64,000 nucleotides of DNA, from positions 11,236-75,235 of the forward strand of contig JAKSRF010000001.1 in the NCBI GenBank assembly GCA_024403755.1, in the 5' to 3' direction. Of this stretch, positions 39,821-49,766 are shown in pieces. The position numbers and the translations under genes were made by a program. A model generated the notes under the pieces. It did not search any database. It saw only the letters and a program-made list of their open reading frames with translations, and was not told where the DNA came from. Origin of the DNA: Clostridia bacterium. Its GTDB lineage: Bacteria; Bacillota; Clostridia; Saccharofermentanales; Saccharofermentanaceae. Every line of letters starts with the position of its first letter. Position 1 is the first letter of the stretch.

Positions 39821-40057
39821 ATGCTGACTATTCTTTCCATTTTATTGGTTGTATTTCTGATGGGCATAGTGTTCAGACTTTCCTGGTTTTTGTTTAAGTT
39901 TTGCGGCAAGTTATTAGGCTTCCTGCTTGGTTCAGTCGGATTTGTTATAATCGGAATTCTGGCGGTAACAGTTATCAGCTTAGCATTCTTTGCCTTACCG
40001 ATAATCTTGATTCTGGGAATTGCAGGTCTCATTGGATTGGCAGCCAAGATGTTTTGA
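39821..40057 (+). CDS. Small hydrophobic membrane protein
   Basis: AGGAGG RBS; 78 aa, almost entirely hydrophobic; followed by a hairpin terminator. Confidence 0.7.
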   Translation: MLTILSILLVVFLMGIVFRLSWFLFKFCGKLLGFLLGSVGFVIIGILAVTVISLAFFALPIILILGIAGLIGLAAKMF

Positions 40058-40148
40058 CAAATTAATTCAGTAAATTATTTTCAGGTGCAACTCTGTGAAG
40101 GGCAGGGGAGCACCTTTTATTCCCAAGCTTTCTGTGAAGAACCTCATT

Positions 40149-40580
40149 TTACATATAATATGCCAGAATAATTGTGTCACCGTTCTCCCAGGCGAAGTTT
40201 ATTGCTTGGAACTCACCGGGATGGAGAGTGGAGACCTTATGTGGGTCGTTGCAGGAACCTTTAATCAAAGGTTCAGGATCCTTGATATCGACATTTTTAT
40301 CAAAAAAACCAATCAATTCCTGTCCGTTCAGACCGATATGGGCATTAATTGCTTCCTCAGGAATAAATAAATCCAATCTGAAGCGAAGCGATTGGTTTTC
40401 CGGCAGAATGAAATTGAAGGCTACGACTTTACGGTCGTCAAGGTCCTTAATAACTTCCATTTTAACTTGAGCGTCAACTCCGTCCAGATTAAAGCGGTAG
40501 GTGGCATTTTCATACTCCATAACACAGATGCCACTGAATAAATCACCCTGAATAAGTGCATTATCAATATATTTTTCCAT
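40149..40580 (-). CDS. Stand-alone beta-sandwich domain resembling the GH127 middle domain
   Basis: FRLDLFIPEEAINAHIGLNG and PGEFQAINFAWENGDTIIL resemble the GH127 LRIPxW...VNG...W..GD.(I/V).L pattern; AAGGA RBS. Confidence 0.55.
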   Translation of the reverse strand: MEKYIDNALIQGDLFSGICVMEYENATYRFNLDGVDAQVKMEVIKDLDDRKVVAFNFILPENQSLRFRLDLFIPEEAINAHIGLNGQELIGFFDKNVDIKDPEPLIKGSCNDPHKVSTLHPGEFQAINFAWENGDTIILAYYM

Positions 40581-40671
40581 ATTTTTAAATCCTTAAATTA
40601 AGTTCCGATCAGTGTTCAAATACAAGTTCAAAACTTAAACTTTGTTTCATATATTTGAGACCTGATATATA

Positions 40672-41868
40672 TCAAAGTTCGGCGCGATGCTTGAGACCTA
40701 ATTCCTCAGCAACCTTGAAGAAAGCCTTACGTGAATTCTTTATTGAAACTTCTGATACGCAGAATGCAAGGCGGCAGTAACCCGGACGTGAGAAACTCTT
40801 TCCGCCGACTACGAGAAGATTCTGTTTTGCGCAAATATCAGCGAATTCCTGATCGGTAAGACCGTTAGGTGTGTTCATAAAGATATACAAAGCTCCGCTT
40901 GGCTTAACGGCATCGAATCCGGCATCAACGATATTTGAATAAAGAAGATTGCGTCTGTACTCATAGTTGGATACATCAACCTTGGCATAGAGAGACTTCT
41001 CGATAACACGCTGCCAAATAGCCGGAGCATTTACGCTTCCGAGAGTTCTGTTTGACAGAACAATAGCTGCTGTTAAATCCTCATAATCCTCATGATTAGG
41101 ACTTACAAGTGTATAACCGATTCTTTCGCCCGGAAGGGAGAGAGATTTACTCCAAGAGAAGCAAACGATAAGATTTTTGAAACAGTCAAGTACAGAAGGA
41201 ACTTTAACTCCGTCATAGGCCAAATCGATATAAGGTTCATCGGCGATTACATGGATTACGTGATCCTGCTTCAGCAACATCTCATTCAGAGAACACAAAA
41301 GTTCTTTACTGTATACGACACCAGAAGGATTATTAGGAGAGTTAATAACTATAGCTTTAGTCTTAGCTGTAACAGCGGCTTCAATCTTGCTGATGTCCGG
41401 CATGAACTTGCTGTCAGTATCAACGATAACAGGTTTTCCGTTGTGATTCTCGACATAGCCTATATATTCCATGAAGAAAGGTGCAAGAAGAATTACTTCG
41501 TCGCCGTCATCAAGAATTGAGTGAAATACATCATTCATAGCTGCTGCGGCTCCGACTGTCATACAGATAGCTCCTGCATCGACTTTAACACCGGATTCGG
41601 ATTCCTTTGAACGCTTCTCGGCAATTATTGCTCTTGTTGATTCATATCCGGAATTACTCATATATCCGTGCATTCCCGGAACAGGATTGAGAGCGAGTTC
41701 CTTAAGTGCATCAAATACTTCCTTCGGCGGTTCCAAATCAGGATTACCTATTGAGAAATCATATACATTCTCGGCACCGTAAATTGCTTTAAGTCTGTTT
41801 CCTTCCTCGAACATCTTACGGATGGCCGAACCGCCTGCTAACTTTGATTTTAACTTTCCGGATATCAT
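40672..41868 (-). CDS. PLP-dependent class I/II aminotransferase (aspartate aminotransferase-like)
   Basis: FSIGNPD, INSPNNPSG, ADEPY, SWSKSLSLPGERIG. AGAGG RBS supports ATG 41868. Confidence 0.92.
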   Translation of the reverse strand: MISGKLKSKLAGGSAIRKMFEEGNRLKAIYGAENVYDFSIGNPDLEPPKEVFDALKELALNPVPGMHGYMSNSGYESTRAIIAEKRSKESESGVKVDAGAICMTVGAAAAMNDVFHSILDDGDEVILLAPFFMEYIGYVENHNGKPVIVDTDSKFMPDISKIEAAVTAKTKAIVINSPNNPSGVVYSKELLCSLNEMLLKQDHVIHVIADEPYIDLAYDGVKVPSVLDCFKNLIVCFSWSKSLSLPGERIGYTLVSPNHEDYEDLTAAIVLSNRTLGSVNAPAIWQRVIEKSLYAKVDVSNYEYRRNLLYSNIVDAGFDAVKPSGALYIFMNTPNGLTDQEFADICAKQNLLVVGGKSFSRPGYCRLAFCVSEVSIKNSRKAFFKVAEELGLKHRAEL

Positions 41869-41958
41869 AAAAACACCTCTTTTAATATAAACTTTAATAA
41901 AAATATGAGATAATAATATCACAATTAAAAAAAAATAAATACTTCTCGCAAATTATTC

Positions 41959-41987
41959 TTGACAATTCGAGGAGTAATGGGTATCAT
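41959..41987 (+). promoter_or_regulatory. Sigma-A promoter of infC operon
   Basis: TTGACA, 17 bp spacer, TATCAT. Confidence 0.65.
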
Positions 41988-42000
41988 AATCAAGTTACAA

Positions 42001-42123
42001 CAAGCAGAACATCGATTCTCACCTTGAGTTACATGCGAAGAGGTAAATAATTATAAGTCATGCGAGACTGGTTTTCAATGGCTTGGTTATTTTTGAGAAT
42101 GGATGTTATCCATTCTTTTTTTG
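42001..42123 (+). promoter_or_regulatory. L20 leader (ribosomal protein autoregulatory RNA)
   Basis: AAGCAGAA...TTCTCACC...GGT...GAGAATGGATG pattern upstream of infC-rpmI-rplT, ending in GAATGGAT/ATCCATTC hairpin plus T run. Confidence 0.75.
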
Positions 42124-42143
42124 TTTTGGAGGGGGTGTTTCTT

Positions 42144-42665
42144 ATCGCTAAGCAAACCAATAACCAGTTAATTAATGAGAACATTAAGTTTGAGAAGGTT
42201 CGTTTAATAAATGCCGAGGGCGCTATGGTAGGTGTTGTACCTATATCTGAGGCATTAAAGGCAGCAGAAGAAGCCGAATTGGATTTGGTATGTATCTCAG
42301 CTAATCCTGATAATCCTGTATGCAGAGTTATGGACTTCGGAAAGTACGTTTTCGATCAGGGTAAGAGAGAGAAGGAAGCGAAGAAGAAACAGAAAGAAAC
42401 CGAGACAAAGGAACTTGGTATTAAGCTTACTACAGATGTCCATGATATCGAGGTTAAGCAGAAGGCTTGTATAAAGTTCTTAAAGAACGGTGACAGAGTT
42501 AAAATCAACATCAGATTCAGAGGCCGTGAGATGGCATATCAGCAGCAGGGCATCGAAGTGATGGAGAAGTTCGCAGAGGGAGTCAGCGAATACGGTCAGG
42601 TTAGTGTAAAACCTAAGATTGACGGACGTAACATGGTGATGTTCCTTGTGCCTAAGAAGAATTAA
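42144..42665 (+). CDS. infC: Translation initiation factor IF-3 (non-canonical ATC start inferred)
   Basis: LINENI, VRLI, LDLVCI, VCRVMDFGK, FRGRE. RBS GGAGGGG lies 8 nt before in-frame ATC 42144. Confidence 0.95.
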   Translation: MAKQTNNQLINENIKFEKVRLINAEGAMVGVVPISEALKAAEEAELDLVCISANPDNPVCRVMDFGKYVFDQGKREKEAKKKQKETETKELGIKLTTDVHDIEVKQKACIKFLKNGDRVKINIRFRGREMAYQQQGIEVMEKFAEGVSEYGQVSVKPKIDGRNMVMFLVPKKN

Positions 42666-42700
42666 ACTAGTGTAAATGATTAAATAAGGAGGACATTAAA

Positions 42701-42898
42701 ATGCCTAAGCAGAAAACACACAGTTCATCTAAGAAGAGATTTAAGATTACAGCTACAGGAAAGGTTTTGTATCCACAGGCTTTCCGTCGTCATATCTTGA
42801 GCAAGAGACCTACAAAGAGAATGAGACATCTTCGTCACTTGGCAGTAGCTTCAGATTCTAACGCTAAGATCGTTAAGAAGATGATGCCATACGCATAA
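42701..42898 (+). CDS. rpmI: 50S ribosomal protein L35
   Basis: MPKQKTHSSSKKRFK; operon context. Confidence 0.97.
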   Translation: MPKQKTHSSSKKRFKITATGKVLYPQAFRRHILSKRPTKRMRHLRHLAVASDSNAKIVKKMMPYA

Positions 42899-42937
42899 GA
42901 TACTAAGTAAGAATTATTTCATTGGAGGATAATAAAA

Positions 42938-43291
42938 ATGTCTAGAGTTAAAAGAGGCGTACGTACAAGAGCTCGTCATCATAAGATTTTGAAGCAGGCT
43001 AAGGGTTATTTTGGTCATAAGAGTAAGCTTTTCAAGGTTGCTAACCAGGCTGTTATGAAGTCAGGTGCTTATGCATATCGTGACAGAAAGGCTAAGAAGA
43101 GAGATTTCAGAAAGCTTTGGATTGCAAGAATCAATGCTGCTGCAAGAATGAACGGTCTTTCATACAGCAAGTTCATGAACGGTCTTAAGAAGGCAAACAT
43201 TTCACTTGACAGAAAGGTTCTTTCTGATATTGCTATCACAGATCCTAAGAGCTTTACTGCACTTTGTGAGCAGGCTAAGGCTGCACTTTAA
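42938..43291 (+). CDS. rplT: 50S ribosomal protein L20
   Basis: [28 protein letters not shown]. Confidence 0.98.
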   Translation: MSRVKRGVRTRARHHKILKQAKGYFGHKSKLFKVANQAVMKSGAYAYRDRKAKKRDFRKLWIARINAAARMNGLSYSKFMNGLKKANISLDRKVLSDIAITDPKSFTALCEQAKAAL

Positions 43292-43315
43292 TTTATAAAT
43301 TATTTTTTGTAGAAT

Positions 43316-43352
43316 ATAAGGGCTGTTTTATAAGCAGTCCTTATTTATTTTT
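43316..43352 (+). terminator. Terminator after rplT
   Basis: ATAAGGGCTG/CAGTCCTTAT stem, T-rich tail. Confidence 0.7.
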
Positions 43353-43392
43353 TCTTTTCGAAAATATAACTTAATAATGCAAGGTAAGAAAT

Positions 43393-44205
43393 ATGAGAAA
43401 ATGTATCAGCAGTAAGGATAATCAACAACTCAAATACTATTTGTCTCTTCATGATGCGAGAAAAGCTTCTAAGGCCGATCTTGCATATATAGAGGGTGTT
43501 CGTTTGTGTGAGGATTGTCTGAACTCCGGAGTTAAACCTTCTGTTATATTTTTTACTTCAAAGATGAATGATTGCGTTGATAAATGGATGCATATATATT
43601 CATTGGATGATTCAATTGATTTCTACGAGTTGACTGAAGAATGCTTTAGTAAGCTGGCTTCTACGGTGAATCCTCAGGGAATCGCCATGTTTATTAAGAA
43701 GAGCGACTGTAATGTCATAAGCGTAAATGAAGAGAAAAGTCTTCCTGTCAGAGACGGGAAAAATATATATGTTGTGCTTGAGAATTTACAGGATCCTGGT
43801 AATTTGGGTACTATACTGAGAATGGCCGATGCTTTTGATTTTACGGCTGTTTTAATGACTAAGGACAGTGTAGATCCTTTTAATGAGAAGGTTTTGAGAG
43901 CTTCGATGGGTTCATTGTGGCATATTCCGGTTCAAATTTATGAGAATTCTGATGAAATCTGTGATATCCTTGAAAGGGGAAACGTGCACAAGTATGCGGC
44001 GCATCTTCACGGTGTACCGTTGACCGACAATAAATTTATATTTCCTGCGGCATATTTTATCGGTAATGAAGGAAAAGGATTAACCGACAGAGTATCCGAC
44101 AGGTGTGAGTATAAAATTAAAATTCCTATGCCGGGTAAGGCCGAATCTTTAAATGCAGCTTCTGCTGCATCAATAATAGGCTATTTGCTCTCTTCACAGA
44201 TTTAG
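43393..44205 (+). CDS. TrmH/SpoU family RNA methyltransferase
   Basis: LQDPGNLGTILR, RASMGS, GNEGKG, AESLNAA. Confidence 0.92.
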   Translation: MRKCISSKDNQQLKYYLSLHDARKASKADLAYIEGVRLCEDCLNSGVKPSVIFFTSKMNDCVDKWMHIYSLDDSIDFYELTEECFSKLASTVNPQGIAMFIKKSDCNVISVNEEKSLPVRDGKNIYVVLENLQDPGNLGTILRMADAFDFTAVLMTKDSVDPFNEKVLRASMGSLWHIPVQIYENSDEICDILERGNVHKYAAHLHGVPLTDNKFIFPAAYFIGNEGKGLTDRVSDRCEYKIKIPMPGKAESLNAASAASIIGYLLSSQI

Positions 44206-44267
44206 TGTTATATTATTACAGTTGAGTGTGAAGATTTTATTAATTTAATGCGTTAAGGAAGTGCTTT

Positions 44268-45632
44268 ATGAACATTACTGTTGTGGGCGCCGGAAAAATC
44301 GGAAGAGCCATTATAGAGAGTCTTGATAAGGAAAATCATGATATTATTGTAATCGATAAGGATCCTAAGATAATCGAGCAACTACAGAATTCCTTTGATT
44401 TGATGGGAATTTGCGGTGATGGAATAAATATCAAGAATCTTGAATTAGCATCTCTTAAGAGTTGTAATTTATTTGTAGCTACAACCGGTTCGGATGAACA
44501 TAATATGTTGAGTTGCCTTATAGCCAAAAGCCTCGGGGCAAAATATACCGTTGCACGAGTTCGTAACAGTGAATATGCAGGAGAGACATTAAATTATATT
44601 AAGCAGCAGTTGGATATTTCTATGGTATTTAATACCGACTTGCTTACTGCACAGACCATTTATAATAATATAAAGTTCCCTTCGGCAATGAAATATGAGA
44701 TGTTTTCCGGAAGAAAGTTTGAGTTGGTTGAGCTTCCGATTAAGGATGACTCTATATTTGCCGGTAAGGCTTTATCGAAGATTAAGTCTCAGTTTGATAT
44801 TTCCTTTCTTGTGTGCTACGTAAACAGGGAAGGTGTTGGAAGTGCAATCCCTACCGGAGATTATGTGCTTGAAGCCGGTGATAAAATAGGCCTTGTTGCA
44901 TCTCCTATCGAAATGCAGGCGCTTTTGAAGCGAATGAATGTCCTTCAGAAGCAAGTCAGAAATGTAATGTTACTCGGTGCAAGTCGCGTTGCTGTTTATC
45001 TTGCGAACAGACTTGCCGATAACGGTTATAAAGTAAGAATTCTTGAGAAGAGTGAGGAGAAATGTCATTCGGTTGTTGAAGTATTGGATGACCGTGTTGA
45101 ATTGGTAATAGCCGATGGTATTGACAGCAGCCTCCTTCTTGAGGAAGGTATTGAGAGACAGGATTCTTTTGTTGCGCTTACCGGACTTGATGAAGAAAAT
45201 ATTCTTGTTGCATATCATGCGATGGATATGGGTGTTCCTAAAGTTATTGCAAAAGTTAATCATGAAACATATGTTGATATCAGTGAGAAGATGGGTGTGG
45301 ATTGTGCAATCTCGCCTAATCATCTTGCTGCTGATTTTATATTGAAGTATGCACGTGCATTAGACTCAACTGTCGAAAGTAAGATAGAGACGCTTTACAG
45401 TCTGATGAACGGTGTAGTTGAGGCTTTGGAGTTTATTGTTTCACCGGATTTCAGTAAAATCGGTGTAAAGCTTAAGGATTTGAAGCTTAAGAACAATATT
45501 CTTATAGCCGGAATAATTAGAGAGAACAAGACAATTATTCCGAACGGTAATGATGTGATAAACGAGGACGATCATGTGATTGTCGTTGCGAAGGAACAAA
45601 AATTAAGTGATTTAGCGGATATATTAGCATGA
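44268..45632 (+). CDS. trkA: Trk potassium uptake NAD-binding subunit
   Basis: GAGKIG, two RCK modules, IIPNGNDVI. Confidence 0.93.
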   Translation: MNITVVGAGKIGRAIIESLDKENHDIIVIDKDPKIIEQLQNSFDLMGICGDGINIKNLELASLKSCNLFVATTGSDEHNMLSCLIAKSLGAKYTVARVRNSEYAGETLNYIKQQLDISMVFNTDLLTAQTIYNNIKFPSAMKYEMFSGRKFELVELPIKDDSIFAGKALSKIKSQFDISFLVCYVNREGVGSAIPTGDYVLEAGDKIGLVASPIEMQALLKRMNVLQKQVRNVMLLGASRVAVYLANRLADNGYKVRILEKSEEKCHSVVEVLDDRVELVIADGIDSSLLLEEGIERQDSFVALTGLDEENILVAYHAMDMGVPKVIAKVNHETYVDISEKMGVDCAISPNHLAADFILKYARALDSTVESKIETLYSLMNGVVEALEFIVSPDFSKIGVKLKDLKLKNNILIAGIIRENKTIIPNGNDVINEDDHVIVVAKEQKLSDLADILA

Positions 45633-47077
45633 ACATTAAATTAGTATTAAATACACTCGGCAAAGTTATATTAATTGAAGTAATTTTTTTATTCTTTCCT
45701 TTTCTTGTCTCGGCAATTTACGGTGAGACTTGTATAGTGGCATTTGTTGAGACAATCGGCGTGGCTTTGACTTTGGGGTTGTCACTTGTTTTTTTCTGTA
45801 AATCGAAAGAAAAGAATACATTTGTAAAAGACGGAACTGCCATAGTTGTATTATCTTGGATAATTATGTCTGTAATAGGTGCTCTTCCTTTTGTATTCTC
45901 AGGCGAAATACCTAATTTTTTTGATGCTTTTTTTGAGACCGTAAGCGGATTTACTACTACGGGTTCTTCGATTTGTACTAATGTTGAGAAATTAAGTCAC
46001 GGCATACTCTTTTGGCGAAGTCTTACTCATTGGGTCGGCGGAATGGGTGTTCTTGTATTCTTTCTTGCAATATCTTCCAAAGGACAGCAGCGTACGATTA
46101 ACATACTGAAGGCCGAGATGCCGGGACCTTCGGTTGATAAGCTGATGCCAAAGGCCGGCACAACTGCAAGAATTTTGTACATAATATATTTTGTTCTTAC
46201 ACTGATTGAGGTAGTTTTGTTGTGGGTAGGAGATATGAATCTGTTTGAAGCACTTGTTCATACTTTCGGTACTGCGGGCACAGGAGGATTTGGCATAAAG
46301 TGTGACGGACTGGCTGGATATTCGGCATATTCACAATGGGTAATTACAATATTTATGTTATTGTTCGGTGTAAACTTTAACTTTTATTTTCTTATACTTC
46401 TCGGTAATATTAAAACCGTATTGAAGAGTAATGAACTTTGGGTTTATTTGGGTATATATGCAGCAAGTGCTGCGATTATTGCATATAATGTTACTTCTAT
46501 GTTTAATACTGCCGGTGAAGCAATAAGGCATTCTTGCTTTCAGGTTTCCTCTATCTTAACAACAACCGGCTTTGCAACCTGTGATTTTAATCAGTGGCCG
46601 CAGATATCAAGGACGATTCTTGTTTTGATTATGTTCTTTGGCGGTTGTGCAGGTTCTACTGCCGGCGGAATAAAGATGTCGCGTGTAGTAGTTATTTTTC
46701 AGTCTATGCGTAATAACATAAGACGTAATGTCCGCCCGAGATCGGTAAATAAGATTAAATTAAATTGTAAGGTTGTTGATGAGAACATGGAAAGAAGCAT
46801 TATTAATTATCTTGCTCTTTATGTAGTAATTCATGTTATTGCTGTTCTTCTTATCAGTTTCGAGCCGTTTGATTTTGAGACTAATTTTACGGCTGTTGTA
46901 TCTTGTATAAACAATATCGGACCGGGTCTGGGAGTAGTAGGACCTGCAGGCAATTTCTCAGGCTATACTGCATTTTCAAAGATAGTGCTGTCATTTTCCA
47001 TGCTTATGGGACGCCTTGAGATAATGCCTCTCGTTATGTTCCTTTGTCCTGATTTCTGGTCAAAGCGCAGTCGTTGA
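45629..47077 (+). CDS. trkH: Trk potassium uptake membrane subunit
   Basis: FETVSGFTTTG, WVGGMG, GTGGF, GGCAGSTAGGIK, NNIGPG, GRLEI. Confidence 0.93.
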   Translation: MNIKLVLNTLGKVILIEVIFLFFPFLVSAIYGETCIVAFVETIGVALTLGLSLVFFCKSKEKNTFVKDGTAIVVLSWIIMSVIGALPFVFSGEIPNFFDAFFETVSGFTTTGSSICTNVEKLSHGILFWRSLTHWVGGMGVLVFFLAISSKGQQRTINILKAEMPGPSVDKLMPKAGTTARILYIIYFVLTLIEVVLLWVGDMNLFEALVHTFGTAGTGGFGIKCDGLAGYSAYSQWVITIFMLLFGVNFNFYFLILLGNIKTVLKSNELWVYLGIYAASAAIIAYNVTSMFNTAGEAIRHSCFQVSSILTTTGFATCDFNQWPQISRTILVLIMFFGGCAGSTAGGIKMSRVVVIFQSMRNNIRRNVRPRSVNKIKLNCKVVDENMERSIINYLALYVVIHVIAVLLISFEPFDFETNFTAVVSCINNIGPGLGVVGPAGNFSGYTAFSKIVLSFSMLMGRLEIMPLVMFLCPDFWSKRSR

Positions 47078-47089
47078 TTATTTACAAGC

Positions 47090-48064
47090 TTATTTATCAG
47101 GATTAAAACCGGCCAAAGGATTATTGTCAATTGCCTTTTGAAGGAGCTCATCGTCTACGTGAGTATATATTTGCGTGGTCGATACGTTTGCATGTCCCAA
47201 GATTAATTGAAGACTTCGTATATCAACATTACCGTATTTATACATGAGTGTAGCTGCGGTATGACGAAGCTTATGAACAGAATATACCTTAGTGTCAATT
47301 CCGGCTTCTGCCAGAAGTCGCTTTATGACTAATTGAATCATGTCGTCGGAAATTCTGGTTCCGCGTTTGCTTACAAAAAGAGCTTTCTGATGAGAAGGTT
47401 TAATATTTATTTTTTTACGTGCTTCCATCCAATCTTCTATGGCTTCCAGGCAGGCTTTGTTGAGATATATGGTTCGTTCCTTATTTCCTTTACCTATAAC
47501 AGTCAAGGTGGTACCGTGTATATCATCAATATCTATGCCGCGAAGTTCTGCAAGTCTCATTCCGCAGTTAAGAAACAAAGTAAGCATACAATAGTCACGT
47601 TCGTTGCTCTCGGTAGGTGAATCGTAGCTTGCTTTGAGAAGCTCCTGACTTTGTTCTAAGGTTAGATACTTCGGATTGCGTTTTCCGATTTTAGGTGTTT
47701 CCAAATCATAGGCAGGATTGCTGTCTATGATATGCTTTTTCGAATGACAGTATTTGAAAAATGACTTAAGCGTAGCAATTCTTCTTGCTCTTGAAGAAGG
47801 CTTCAGATTGCGTTCTCTTGTAAGCCAAATAAGAAATACTAATAAATCATCTGTTTTAATCTTATTTAGGGTTTTCTCGTCGATATCACTGATATCTATT
47901 TCATCGAAAGGGGTATCGGAAGCAACACTTCCGCGATCTCTCTTATAGAATCTGAAGAATGTAATTAAGTCATACCTGTATTCATTTACGGTAAGTTCTG
48001 AACGTGCAAGTACGGCAAGCATATAGTTACAATACTGATCAAGTATCGGAAAAGTCGAGTTCAT
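47090..48064 (-). CDS. xerC: XerC-like tyrosine recombinase
   Basis: RARRIATLKSFFKY, GMRLAEL, GKGNKER, HKLRHTAAT, LGHANVSTTQIYTH. Probable start ATG 48064 (track 48112). Confidence 0.85.
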   Translation of the reverse strand: MNSTFPILDQYCNYMLAVLARSELTVNEYRYDLITFFRFYKRDRGSVASDTPFDEIDISDIDEKTLNKIKTDDLLVFLIWLTRERNLKPSSRARRIATLKSFFKYCHSKKHIIDSNPAYDLETPKIGKRNPKYLTLEQSQELLKASYDSPTESNERDYCMLTLFLNCGMRLAELRGIDIDDIHGTTLTVIGKGNKERTIYLNKACLEAIEDWMEARKKINIKPSHQKALFVSKRGTRISDDMIQLVIKRLLAEAGIDTKVYSVHKLRHTAATLMYKYGNVDIRSLQLILGHANVSTTQIYTHVDDELLQKAIDNNPLAGFNPDK

Positions 48065-48266
48065 TAAGGTACTCCCAATATAAAATGTCTGTTTATTAGT
48101 TATTATGTCCATATATTACCATAAAGACCGAAGTTTTTTTGAGTTATTTATACTTGTTATATAAAAGTTGTTATGATACAATGATTTCGTCTTAAGGACA
48201 TTTGTCCGTCGTACGCGGACACATTGATAAGTTAAACATTTATATTAATAGATTGGAGATCGTAAA

Positions 48267-49352
48267 ATGGATAAGAAATTGCGTGTTGGTGTTATCGGTG
48301 CTACAGGTTATGTAGGACAGAGATTTATTTCTCTTATGGAAAATCATCCTTGGTTTGAGTGTGTTGCCGTTTGTGCTTCACCTAGATCAGCAGGTAAGAG
48401 ATATGAAGAAGCTGCAGGCAGCAAGTGGAAAATTGACAGAGAGATGCCTGATTATGTTAAAGATTATATTGTTTACGGTACAGATGATATCGAGAAATTC
48501 TGTGAGCAGGTAGATTTTGTTTTCTGTGCTGTTGATATGAAGAAGGATGAGATTAAGGCTCTTGAAGAGAAGGTTGCTAAGACTGAGACTCCTGTTGTAT
48601 CTAATAACTCTGCAAACAGATGGACTGAGGATGTTCCTATGATTATTCCTGAAATCAACAGTGATCATGCTCAGCTTATTGAAGCACAGAAGAAGAGACT
48701 TGGTACTAAGCGTGGATTTATTGCAGTTAAGCCAAACTGTTCAATTCAGTCGTATGTTCCTGCTTTGACACCGCTTCTCGGTTATGGTATTAAGCAGATA
48801 TCTGTTTGTACATATCAGGCTATTTCCGGTGCAGGTAAGACATTTAATGATTGGCCTGAGATGGTTGGTAATATGATTCCTTATATCGGCGGTGAGGAAG
48901 AGAAGTCAGAGAAGGAGCCTCTTAAGGTTTGGGGTTCTTTTGCAGGTGATCATATTGAACTTGCTAAGAATCCGGTTATTTCTGCACAGTGCTATCGTGT
49001 AGCTGTTCAGGAAGGTCATACTGCAGCAGTAAGTGTATCGTTTGAGAAGAAACCTTCAATTGAAGATATGAAGAAGGCTTGGGCAGAATTTGAAGGTGAG
49101 GCACAGAAGCTTAATCTTCCTACAGCTCCAAAGCATTTCCTCCAGTACATAGATGAGGATAATCGTCCGCAACCAAAGCTTGATGCATACTATGAGAATG
49201 GTATGGGCGTATCAATCGGTCGTATCAGAGAAGATAATATTTTTGATTATAAGTTTACATGTCTTTCTCATAATACTTTAAGAGGTGCTGCCGGCGGAGC
49301 TATGCTTACAGCTGAGCTTCTTACAGCTAAGGGATATATTCAGGCTAAGTAA
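48267..49352 (+). CDS. asd: Aspartate-semialdehyde dehydrogenase
   Basis: GATGYVGQRF, PNCS, TYQAISGAG, HNTLRGAAG. Confidence 0.96.
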   Translation: MDKKLRVGVIGATGYVGQRFISLMENHPWFECVAVCASPRSAGKRYEEAAGSKWKIDREMPDYVKDYIVYGTDDIEKFCEQVDFVFCAVDMKKDEIKALEEKVAKTETPVVSNNSANRWTEDVPMIIPEINSDHAQLIEAQKKRLGTKRGFIAVKPNCSIQSYVPALTPLLGYGIKQISVCTYQAISGAGKTFNDWPEMVGNMIPYIGGEEEKSEKEPLKVWGSFAGDHIELAKNPVISAQCYRVAVQEGHTAAVSVSFEKKPSIEDMKKAWAEFEGEAQKLNLPTAPKHFLQYIDEDNRPQPKLDAYYENGMGVSIGRIREDNIFDYKFTCLSHNTLRGAAGGAMLTAELLTAKGYIQAK

Positions 49353-49368
49353 TATAAAGTGCGTTATT

Positions 49369-49401
49369 TGCGGCGATTACAATAATCGCCGCATTTTTTT
49401 T
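49369..49401 (+). terminator. Terminator after asd
   Basis: TGCGGCGATT/AATCGCCGCA stem plus T run. Confidence 0.8.
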
Positions 49402-49421
49402 AACTTTTTTTTAAAATGTGC

Positions 49422-49450
49422 TTGACTAAATGCATACTTATCCTTATAAT
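49422..49450 (+). promoter_or_regulatory. Sigma-A promoter of tRNA pair
   Basis: TTGACT, 17 bp spacer, TATAAT. Confidence 0.75.
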
Positions 49451-49495
49451 AATCAAGCATTAAGTAAGCGACTTGCTTACTTACCAGAAGTGAAT

Positions 49496-49572
49496 GGGCC
49501 TTTAGCTCAGTTGGTTAGAGCAACCGGCTCATAACCGGTCGGTCTTGGGTTCGAGTCCCTGAAGGCCCACCA
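49496..49572 (+). tRNA. tRNA-Ile2(CAT), lysidine-modified type
   Basis: CAT anticodon; body GGGCCTTTAGCTCAGTTGGTTAGAGCA..CGGCTCATAACCG closely follows the Firmicute Ile2 pattern rather than fMet or elongator Met. Confidence 0.8.
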
Positions 49573-49600
49573 ATTAACTTCTTAACTTAATACTTTTTAT

Positions 49601-49685
49601 GGGAAGATTCCCGAGCGGCCAAAGGGAACAGACTGTAAATCTGTCGTCAGTGACTTCGATGGTTCGAATCCATCTCTTCCCACCA
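49601..49685 (+). tRNA. tRNA-Tyr(GTA)
   Basis: GGGAAGA/TCTTCCC acceptor stem, CAGA-CT GTA AA-TCTG, long variable arm, CCA. Confidence 0.95.
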
Positions 49686-49693
49686 GATTGGTT

Positions 49694-49733
49694 ACAACCG
49701 TTAAAATCAATTGATTTTGACGGTTGTTTTTTT
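49694..49733 (+). terminator. Long inverted repeat/terminator after tRNA-Tyr
   Basis: ACAACCGTTAAAATCAA/TTGATTTTGACGGTTGT followed by Ts. Confidence 0.7.
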
Positions 49734-49766
49734 GTTCTTTTAATCTCGACTTCAATATGGGATTTT

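Noticed and set aside
47090-48112. Tyrosine recombinase as the integrase of a mobile element
   Set aside because: It has XerC-like length and motifs, lies between housekeeping genes trkH and asd, and has no att repeats or cargo.
48113-48266. Lysine riboswitch before asd
   Set aside because: The space after the likely promoter is far shorter than the ~170 nt needed, and there is no L-box core.
49496-49572. tRNA-Met call for the CAT tRNA
   Set aside because: The body sequence matches the Ile2 type; there is no fMet C1:A72 mismatch or GGG/CCC anticodon stem.
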